From the human T2T-CHM13v2.0 reference genome, Homo sapiens: a DNA stretch of 64,000 nt. Positions 1-19,058 of this stretch are shown here, one piece after another. The notes beneath the pieces are model-generated. The model was given only the letters and a program-made list of their open reading frames with translations, ran no database searches and was not told the DNA's origin. Every line of letters begins with the position of its first letter. Positions within the stretch are counted from its first letter, which is position 1. Made by a program: the position numbers and the translations under genes. The stretch is taken from assembly GCF_009914755.1 (NCBI RefSeq), contig NC_060925.1. The stretch is one strand, 5' to 3'.

Positions 1-169
1 CTTTTGTACACAGAGACGCCCACACCAGGTGCCTGACTTTCCCACAAATACCAACATTTAAGAGCACACCTGAAGATGCCACATATGAACATCAGGCTCA
101 CAAAGATCAGAGGGTTGACCAGAGACTTCCCTCATTCCTCTATTCGAATTACCACACAGGACGTCTCAC

Positions 170-8842
<8,673 letters not shown>

Positions 8843-9060
8843 GGTGCAGCACCTGCTGGATCTCTGAGTGCCCCTACCTCTCTCTGACCACCCCCGTCCC
8901 CCTGTGCTCAAATCCAGGGAGGATTGTCCCGCCCACTTGTGGGGAGAGTGAAGGAGGAGGGCAGAACTTGGACCTCAGAGTTCAGAATCAATTGACTATG
9001 GATGATCCACCTAGGGCAACAGTGGGAGAAAAGCTTCATCAGCTGTCTACCACATTCCCC
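8843..9060 (-). promoter_or_regulatory. CYP4A11 5'UTR and proximal promoter (no obvious TATA box)
   Basis: Directly upstream of ATG; GC box CCCGCCC 8928-8934; half-site pair TGGACC-n4-AGTTCA 8969-8984; ONECUT-like AATCAAT 8986-8992; block conserved in the paralogous copy at 61910-62150. Confidence 0.65.
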
Positions 9061-10727
9061 TGTCCATGTACCTCACAAATATTTAATGAGCATTTACTGT
9101 GTGCCAGGCAGTATGCTAGGTGTGTGGGCACCGCTGCGAGGAAAACAGACTTGAATGCTGACCTCAAGGAATTTGCATTCTGCTTTACTACATTGCAATA
9201 ATGTTCATTCAGTAGCACTTTTTTTTTGTTATGTGTTCAAAGAAAATTCTCAACATGATATGTACATTTAAACTTAACATTAACCAAGCCCTGAATCATT
9301 ACTTTTGTCTTATTGCAAATCTAATTTTATTTACCATAAAAACCACTTCCATCTATATATTGAGTGAAGAGTGGGAATTATGTCTTTCTAGTAACTGGAT
9401 GATGATATGGACAAACAGATGCTAATATAGCAGCTGTTCAAGTACTTTATTTTATTCCATTGGGGAAACTGGTCTCATAATATGCATAGCATGATTTTTT
9501 TTCTCAATTCATATACATGACAATTTAAAAAAATTCTACATCATGTTAGGTATGACTTTTTCCCCTATTGATAGGTCTACCTTTTCTACCAGAGTAAGTC
9601 CTAGAGCAATTTTAGTCCTACTTCAGTCTAGTACTATAGTCACAGCAGGAGCCTGTTTACCAATTCTCTTTCACCCTACAATAGTACGTAATTACACAAT
9701 CAGAACTTTGCACTCTGTTTAGGAGTCCTGACCAAGGACAATCTGTACTAAACAGAAATTAATATTTAAAAAATGATTGCTTTGCCAACCTCAAGTAAAG
9801 TAGGTTAAATAGCAACTGTTGCTATGAATTAACCCTCCCTGGCATTTTTACATGCATATCTGTGCATGAGCATTCTTTTTTTCCTCTTTTTATAATTTCA
9901 ACTTTTATTTTAGATTCAGGTACGTATGCAGGTTTTTTACACTGGTGTATTGTGTGATGCTGAGGGTTTGGATACAAATGATTCTGCCACTCAGGTAGTG
10001 AGTATGGTATATATTAGTCAAATTTCCAATGCTTACTCATATCTGTACCTACCCCTCTAGTAGTCCCCAGTGTCTATTGTTCCCATATTTATGTCCATAA
10101 GTATCCAAAATGTAGTTCCCACTTATAAGTGAGAACATGTGGTATTTGGTTTTCTGTTGCTGTGTTAATTTGCTTAGGATTATTGCCTCCCAATTCATCC
10201 ATGTTGCTGCAAAGAACATGATTTCTTTATTTTTTTATAGCTGTCTAGTATTCCACTGTGTATATGTATCACATTTTCTTTATCCAGTCCACCATTGATG
10301 GGCACCAAGGTTGATGCCATGTCTTTGCTATTGCGAATAGTGCTGTGATGAATGTATGAGTAGAGGTGTCTTTTTGGTAGAGCAACTTATTTTCTTTTTG
10401 ATATATAGCTAATATTGGGATTGCTGGGTCAAATAGTAGTTCTATTTTAAGTTCTTTGAGAAATCTCCAAACTGCTTTCCACAGTGGCGGAACTAATTTA
10501 CATTTCCACAAACAATGTATACACATTATGTTTTTTTTCTGCAGCTTAGCCAGCATATGTTGCTTTGAAACTTTTTAATAATAGCCATTCTGACTTGTGT
10601 GAGATGTGGTTTTGATTCACATTTCTCATTAGTGATGTTGAGCATTTTTAAAAATATTTTTTGGCTGCTCATATGTTTTCTTTAGAGAAGTGTCTGTGTC
10701 TTTAATGGGGTTGTTTGTTTTTCGCTT

Positions 10728-12738
10728 GTATTGGAAGTTCTGGCCAGGTAAGAGAAAGAAGTAAAGGGTATTCAAATAGGAAGAGAGGAAGTCAAATTGT
10801 CTCTGTTTGCAGATGACATGACTGTATATTTAGAAAACCCCATCATCTCAGTCCAAAATCTCCCTAAGCTGATAAGCAACTTCAGCAAAGTCTCAGGATA
10901 CAAAATCAATGTGCAAAAATCACAAGCATTCCTACACACCAATAATAGAGAAACAGAAAGCCAAATCATGAGTGAACTCCCATTCACAATTGCTACAAAG
11001 AAAATAAAATACCTAGGAATACTGCTTACAAGGGATGTGAAGGACCTCTACAAGGAGAACTACAAGCCACTGCTCAACAAAATGAAAGAGGACACAAAGA
11101 AATGGAAAAAAATTCCATGCTCATGGATAGGAAGAAACAATATAGTAAAAATGGCCGTACTGCCCAAAGTAATTTATAGATTCAATGCTATTCCCATCAA
11201 GCTACCATTGACTTTCTTCACAGAATTAGAAAAAACTACTTTAAATTTCATATGGAATAAAAAAAGAGCCCCCATTGCCAAGGCAATCCTAAGCAGAAAG
11301 AACAAAGCTGGAGGCATCATGCTACCTGACTTCAAACTACACTACAAGGCTACAGTACCCAAAACAGCATGGTGCTGGTACCAAAACAGATATACAGACC
11401 AATGGAACAGAACAGAGGCCTCAGAAATAACACCACTTATCTACAATTATCTGATCTTTGATAAACCTGACAAAAACAAGCAATGGGGAAAGGGTTCCCT
11501 ATTTAATATATGGTGTTGGGAAAACTGGCTAGCCATATGCAGAAAACTGAAACTGGACCCTTCCTTAAACCTTACACAAAAATTATTTCAAGATGGATTA
11601 AAAACTTAAACTTAAGATGTAAAACCATAAAAAGCCTGGAAGAAAACCTAGGCAATACCATTCAGGACATAGGCAGGGGCAAGGACTTCATGTCCAAAAC
11701 GTCAAAAGCAATGGCAACAAAAGCCAAAGTTGACAAATGGAATCTGATTAAGCTAAAGAGTTTCTGCAGAGCAAAAGAAACTATCATCAGAATGAAAAGG
11801 CAACCTACAGAATGGGAGAAAATTTTTGCGATCTATCCATCTGACAAAGGGCTAATATCGAGAATCTACAAAGAACCTAAACAAATTCACAAGAAAAAAA
11901 CAACCCCATCAAAAAGTGGGCAAAGGATATGCACAGACACTTCTCAAAAGAAGACATTTATGCAGCCAAAAAAACAGCAAAAAAAGCTCATCATCACTGG
12001 TCATTAGAGAAATGCAAACCAAAACCGCAATGAGATACCATCTCATGCCAGTTAGAATGGCAATCATTAAAAAGTCAGGAAACCACAGATGCTGGAGAGG
12101 ATGTGGAGAAATAGGAATGCTTTTACACTGTTGGTGGGATTGCAAATTAATTCAACCATTGTGGAAGGCAGTGTGGCAATTCCTCGAAGGTCTAGAACCA
12201 GAAATACCATTTGACCCAGCAATCCCATTACTGGGTATATACCCAAAGGATTATAAATCATTCTACTATAAAGACACATGCACATATATGTTCATTGCAG
12301 CACTGTTCACAATAGAAGACTTGGAGCCAACCCAAATGCCCATCAATGATAGATTAGATAAAGAAACTGTGGCACGTATACACCATGGAACACTATACAG
12401 CCATAAAAGAGGATGAGGTCATGTCCTTTGCAGGGACATGGATGAAGCTGGAAACCATCATTCTCAGCAAACTAACACAAGAACAGAAAACCAAACACCA
12501 CTTGTTCTCACTCATAAGTGGGAGTGGAACAATGAGAACACATGGACACAGGGAGGGGAACATCACACACAGGGACCTATCTGGCATGGGGGGTTAGGGG
12601 AGGGATAGCATTAGGAGAAATACCTAATGTAGATGACGGGTTGATGGGTGCAGCAAACCACCATGGCACATGTATACCAATGTAACAAACCTGCACTTTC
12701 TGCACATGTATCTCCGAACTTGAAGTATAATAAAAAAA
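10728..12738 (+). mobile_element. 5'-truncated L1PA (about L1PA6-7), decayed ORF2 RT/C-terminus, 3'UTR and short A tail
   Basis: ORF 10797-11609 contains LFADD (L1 RT motif); canonical L1PA 3'UTR; no clear TSD. Confidence 0.92.
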
Positions 12739-13030
12739 TGAATTGTTTAATTTCTTTAGGGATTCTGGATATTAGACCTTTGTCAGATGCATAGTTTATG
12801 AATATTTTCTTCCATTCTGTAGGTTGTCTGTTTACTTTGCTCAAGTTTCTTTTGCTGTACAGAAGCAGTTTAATTAAGTCCCACTTGTGAATTTTTACTT
12901 TTTTGCAATTGCTTTTGAGGACTTAGTTATAAATTCTTTCTCAAGGCTGATGTAAATCATCATGTTTCCTAGGTTTTCATCTAGGATTCTTATAGTTTCA
13001 GGTCTTACATTTAAACCTTTAATCGATCTT

Positions 13031-13287
13031 GTCTTTTTTTTTTTTTTTTTTGATGTTGGCTCACTGCAAGCTCAGCCTCCCAGGTTCATGCCATTCTCCT
13101 GCCTCACCCTCCTGAGTAGCTGGGACTACAGGTGCCCACCACCACGCCCAGCTAATTTTTTGTATTTTTAGTAGAGATGGGGTTTCACCATATTAGCCAG
13201 GATGGTCTCGACCTTCTAACCTCGTGATCTGCCCACCTCGGCCTCCCAAAGTGCTGGGATTACAAGCGTGAGCCACCGTGCCCGGCC
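13031..13287 (-). mobile_element. AluY-like element missing about 45 nt next to its tail
   Basis: Alu consensus on minus strand; TSD CCTTTAATC(G/C)ATCTT at 13016-13030 and 13288-13302. Confidence 0.9.
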
Positions 13288-13469
13288 CCTTTAATCCATC
13301 TTAACTTAATTGTTATATGGTGAAAAGTCAGGGTCCAGTTGCATTCTTTTGCATATGGTCACCCAGTTTTCCCAGTACTATTTATTGTATAGGGAGTCCT
13401 TTTCCCATTGCTTATTTTTGTCAACATTGTTGAGGATCAGATGGCTGTAGGTGCATGGCTTTATTTCTT

Positions 13470-13820
13470 TTTTTCTCTTTTTGTAAAATATTATTTGTTA
13501 AATTTTTGATTCAGAGGGTACATGTGCAGGTTTGTTACATGAGTATATCGCATGATACTGAAGTTTGGGCTCCTAGCCCAGGTAGTGAACACAGTACCTA
13601 ATAGGTAGCTTTTCCATCCTTTCCCCCTCCCTCCATCACATCCCTTTTTGGAGTCCTCAGTGTCTGCCATTCCCATCTTTGTGTCTATGTGTATCCAATG
13701 TTTAGGTCCCAGTTATAAGTGATAACATGCAGTATTTGGCTTTCTGTTACTGTGTTAATCGGCTTAGGGTAATGGCTTCCAGCTGTATCCATGTTGCTGA
13801 AGAGGACATGATTTCATTCT
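13470..13820 (-). mobile_element. L1PB-like 3' end fragment
   Basis: L1 3'UTR motif GGTACATGTGCAGGTTTGTTACATG following a T-rich tail. Confidence 0.75.
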
Positions 13821-13990
13821 TTTTTTTTTATATTATACGTTAAGTTCTAGGATACATGTGCACAACTCGCAGGTGTGTTACATATGTATACATGTGCCAT
13901 GTTGGAGTGCTTCACCCATTAACTCGTCATTTACATTAAGTATATCTCCTAATGCTATCCCACCACCCTCCCCCCACCCCACAACAGGCC
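13821..13990 (-). mobile_element. Short L1PA (about L1PA4-5) 3' end, fused to a HERV-W fragment
   Basis: T-tract then TTAAGTTCTAGGATACATGTGCAC...AACTCGTCATTTACATT...CCCACAACAGGCC. Confidence 0.88.
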
Positions 13991-15487
13991 GATGCGTGTG
14001 CCCCTACCTTTCCTACTGATCCATACCTCCTGGGTCCTGACTACGACTTTCCTGAAAGTGTAGCCCCAAAATCCTCCTTACTTCTGAATCGACTTCCTCT
14101 GATCCCTGCCTCCTAGATACTAATGCTTCAGGCTTTCACTTCCTCTCCCAAGTATTAGAGCAGGTTGTATCTCCAAAGGGATCTAAGGAAGCTCTATGCT
14201 GCATCCTCAGGCCCCTAGGCTATGAACCCAGGGAGTCTTATACCTGGTGTCCCTCCCAATTTAGGCATACAGCTCTCCACATGGGCAGTTATGTGGGACC
14301 CGTTCCCCACCACCCTTGCCAGGGCCTTAGAACTGATAACCTAGTACTTTAACAACTGGAATTGGGTCTACAACAACATACTAGATCAGGATGAAAGCAA
14401 ATTGAGTAAATAAAAGGGAGGCACATATTCCTATAGTGGCAAATGGGGGCAACCAGCGAACATCCTTCCACTGTGTTTCCAAAATCCATCTACAAAGACA
14501 GAAAGGAGAAAGAGAAGGAGAAAGATAGAAGTAGTAAAGAAAAAACAGTGTACCCTATTTCTTTAAAAGCCACGGTAAATTTAAAACCTATAATTGATAA
14601 TTTAAGGTTTTCTCTGTGACCCTGTAACACTCCAATACCACTTTGTTGTCAGTGTAAACAAGGGAATAGCCCAAAAGCACTGAGGCCACTGACAACCAGT
14701 GGCCTTCCTATCAAAAATCCTTAACCCAGAAACCTGCAGATGGCCCACATGCATTCAATATTTTGTGGCAACTGCTTTCCTAACAGAAGGAAGTAGAAAA
14801 TTAGCCTTTAGAGGAAACCTCATTGTGACCACCTCACCAGTTCAGAACTATCCTAAGTCAAAAAAGCAAAAAGGGTAGGTTGCTAACTCAAAAATCTTAA
14901 AGTATGGGGCTATTCTGTTAGAAAAAATAGTTTCACATTAACCACTGAAAATTCCCTTCCCCCAGCAGATTTCCTGACGGGGGATTTAAATCTTAATTAC
15001 CATACGAAGGTCCAACCAGACCTAGGAGGAACTCCCTTCAGGACAGGACAATAGATGGTTCCTCCCAGGTGATTGAGAAAAAAACACAATGGGTATTCAG
15101 TAATTGAAGGAAACTCCTGTAGAAGCAGAGTTAAGAAAATTGCCTAATAACTGGTCTGCTCAAACATGTGAGCTGTTTGCACTCAGCCAAGCCTTAAAGT
15201 ACTTACAAAATCAAAAAACTCTATCTCAATCCTGACTCAAAAGGTTACCCACACCCTCTCTGAAATGAATTTGCATAAGAGAGAACTGTTGCTTGTAGGA
15301 ATGCATCTTGATGGGGCATCTGGGTTATTAGGAAATACTCAGGAACCCAGCCCAGCTCTAGAACTCATGCCTGAGCACAATGGCAATGTCGGGCACACTG
15401 GTAAAGGACCACTAGAATCCAGCAGCCTGGACCCCTTTCTTTGTGGTCAAGAAAGGTGGGAAAACAGGTGCAGGACTGCTACATCCA
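13991..15487 (+). mobile_element. HERV-W (HERV17) internal pre-gag leader fragment without LTRs
   Basis: Colinear with 20166-21660 of the HERV-W copy downstream; about 14 mismatches in the first 400 bp counted by eye. Confidence 0.9.
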
Positions 15488-15570
15488 CCAACTTTCTGGT
15501 ATTTTTTTTTTTTCACAATAGCCCTAGAAAACTAAAATGGGTGGGATAACAATCACTTCTCTCAATATCT

Positions 15571-15628
15571 TGATCTCCTGATCTCGTGATCCACCCACCT
15601 TGGCCTCCCAAAGTGCTGGGATTACAGG
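15571..15628 (-). mobile_element. 58-bp Alu left-arm fragment between 17-bp direct repeats
   Basis: TGATCTCCTGATCTCGTGATCC...GGGATTACAGG flanked by CACTTCTCT(C/G)AATATCT. Confidence 0.85.
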
Positions 15629-16329
15629 CACTTCTCTGAATATCTCATAGAATTATACACTTATTCACTCATTTATTTATTCAAAAACAAAGGTTTTTTT
15701 TTAACCTCACCTTTTAGTAGCTAAAGAAAGAAAAATAAATTATTGTGTTAAAACATTATAGAGGGTGTACTGAAGCAATAAATCATGGGCTTGGGCCATT
15801 CAGAGACAGAGAAAATAAATAAGTAAAGAGGTCTTTAAGGACGAAGAGGAGTTTACCAGTTGGTAAATACTAGAAAAAGGAAAAAGCACTGGCAGATTCA
15901 TGGAGATCATACATGAAAGAGCAGAAATGGGATGAGCTCCTCTTCAAATTACCACTCCTCTCACTTTTTTCATAATTATCTCCACAAGGTCATACCAAAG
16001 GTCATCAATTCAGAACATAAATCAAAGTAGATTTCAGAAAGAATTCCTTGGAAGTCAGCTCTCCCGGGGGCCCGATTTCCTCCTGCTCCCTAATCCATCT
16101 AAACTCTTATGCCCAACACCTTCCTCCTTAGCCCCACTCATGGCAGGTGACTCATTCCAGAACCCAGAGAATCAGAGTTCTTTTCTTTCTGCCTCAAATC
16201 CTGGGCTCCTATCCAAACCAAAGAGTAGGGACATGTAACTATTTACACTTCAATCCACCCAACCTCCCCTAGTTCTGTGACTACTTTCCACCATCCATCA
16301 CTCCCTCCCTGACTCCCACTAGGGACCCT

Positions 16330-16353
16330 TGGACCCTGACTCTTTCCCTACTT
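16330..16353 (-). promoter_or_regulatory. Candidate PPAR/RXR response element (three half-sites, two overlapping DR1s) about 7.5 kb upstream of CYP4A11
   Basis: Minus strand AAGT-AGGGAA-A-GAGTCA-G-GGTCCA, resembling consensus AACT-AGGNCA-A-AGGTCA; motif match only. Confidence 0.5.
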
Positions 16354-17120
16354 GGCTCAGCACCTGTTTTTCTCCCATAGCATGAGCAACAGTAGCTCTG
16401 AAGTCAGAGATTTTAGCTTTGAATTCTCGTTGTGCTTTTTTTTTTTCCCCTCCCTAGATTCTCAATTTCTTTAGAATTGGGCTCAAAATGTGGTAATGGC
16501 CAACATTTAGTGAGCATTTGTTATGTTCTGGCCATGCAGCCAAAACTTTACATGCTTTCTTTGCAAAAACTCTGCAAAAGAGATTTTTAAAAAAATCTTC
16601 ATATTATAGGTGGGAAAGCTAAGGTGCAATCAGGGTAGCTCCCTGTCCAGAATCCCCAGTTGGTAAGAGGTACAGCCAGGATTGTAACCCAGGCAGTCAG
16701 GCTCCAGAGACTTTCCTGTTAACCATTCATTTAAATGAGGTCATGATTAAGTTGAGCCTCCAGTCCAGATGGCACCCCGTAAACTTTCCAGGGAGCATTT
16801 CATGTTTGCTATGTTTTATTCAGTATTTTCAAATAGCAAGAAGATGTGTCAGATTATGAACTCCCCATATTGGCATAAATGCAAGTCTCATTATCCAGGG
16901 CAGCTCCTGTGAGAAACTGAATGGCAACCATGGGGCTAGGTGTAGCATAGTCATTGAAAGCGATGTTTATGGAGAATGTTTAATGATATGAGTAAAGCAT
17001 ATGGGAAAGTGATAAAAGCAGAATATAGAGCCATCTGTAGAGTATGAATGTAACTCTTAGAAAAGTGTGCTTGTGATTGTCAAGACTTATTAACAAGTAT
17101 ATATCTATCCCACTTATTTA

Positions 17121-17432
17121 TTTATTTATGTATTTATTTATTTATTTATTGAGACAGAGCCTTGCTCTGTCACCCCAACTGGAGTGCAGTGGCACGATCT
17201 CAGCTCACTGAAACCTCAGCCTCCTTGGTTAGAGTGATTCTCCTGCATCAGGCTCCTGAGTAGCTGGGATTACAGGCACCCACCACCATGCCTGGCTAAT
17301 TTTTATACTTTTAGTAGTGACAGGGTTTCATCATGTTGGCCAGGCTGTTCTCAAACTCCTGACCTCAGGCGATCCACCCACCTTGGCCTCCCAAAGTGCT
17401 GGGATTACAGGTGTGAGACACTAAGCCTGGCC
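17121..17432 (-). mobile_element. AluS-type element with (TTTA)n tail
   Basis: Full dimer; TSD TATCCCA(C/T)TTATTTA at 17106-17120 and 17433-17447. Confidence 0.93.
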
Positions 17433-17651
17433 TATCCCATTTATTTACTACTCAGATGCCTCCACAAAAACTCCTGAAAGGTGGTAACTCAGCTGCTGTG
17501 TCCTTTGCTTCCCATTGCATGAAGCAGATGACTGTGTCTGTTGATGATGCCCAAGAAATACCTACTGATTGAATCAATGAGGGACAGCTGGAATAAGCAA
17601 AACTTTGAACTGGTTATATCACCATCCTGAAGAGACTCAGTTCAGTTTTGA

Positions 17652-18082
<431 letters not shown>

Positions 18083-18639
18083 TTACTCCTGTGGGTAGAT
18101 CAGCCCAGGGACTTGATTTCTGGGTTTTGATAAAGGTGAGTTTGATGCTGATGTAACTTTACATTTCTTGTACAGAAATATGTTTAGTTTTAGCTGAGGA
18201 CCTTCGGTATCATCACTTCCTTCCTGGAATGAGAGGCAGAGGTGATTCTGAGAAAGGGAGGTTTTCTTACCTCAGTACCTTGCACAGTGCCAGCATGCCA
18301 TTAAGCCTCAAAATGTCTCTTCTGTATTTGCTGAGTGCTTAACCTTTGCTAAGCAAAATCACAGCTACTCCTTAATTTACTAGGTGTCATTAACATTAAC
18401 CTTATTTTACAGACAGGTGAACCAAGGCCCAGAGATGTTAAGTGACTTTCAGATTACAAAGCATGTGAGTGTGAGTGTCAGGATCATCATTTCAAATTCC
18501 TAACTTCAGTTTTGCTAATATCTGAGTATCCTTAGGATAATACTTCCTAGGTGCTGGGCATGGAGCAAAGTGTTTTTAGCCATTATCCTTCTTCATTCTT
18601 ATCATACCCTGATATAGGGCACATGTCACCCTCTGTGTG

Positions 18640-19058
18640 ATCTCCTCAACCTCTTCTCAGGTGACTGTCTCACCATGGGGCAGCTCCTAAAATACATCAT
18701 GATCTTTCCCACCCCAGAGCCTTTGTGCTTGCTGTCCCTCCCACATTGAATGTTCCTCCCTTGTGCTTCACACAGCCAGAGTCTCACCATCCTTCAAGTT
18801 TCACCTTAAGTCTTGTCTATAACAAGAGGCCTTCCAAGATCACCTGTTTAAGCATGTCCTTCCCTTTAGTGTCTCTCATAGCACTGTCTTTATTCTCAGC
18901 ACTCATTGCTGTCTGTGATTATTTTACTAAATTGTCTGTCTATTATCTGTACTTCCCATAGAATGAAAGGGCAGAATGATTTCGGTCTCTGTTCTCTGAG
19001 ATGTCTGGAAGAGAGCCCTGCACATGTAGGTCCTCAATGAAAATGTTTTAAACAGAAT
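18640..19058 (+). mobile_element. Degraded L2 3' end
   Basis: Loose match to the L2 terminal motif (GCACATGTAGGTCCTCAATGAAAATGTTT). Confidence 0.5.

Larger units (their letters stand above)
9875..13465 (-). mobile_element. Old L1 (L1PB/L1MA-like) 3' portion, split by a younger L1PA and an Alu
   Basis: L1 3'UTR and ORF2 C-terminus on minus strand at 9875-10727, resuming in register at about 12740-13465. Confidence 0.8.

Noticed and set aside
8843-8911. N-terminal extension of CYP4A11 suggested by ORF 8552..8911
   Set aside because: It starts at TTG, an artefact of the ORF caller; the ATG at 8842 has good context and is conserved in the fossil copy.
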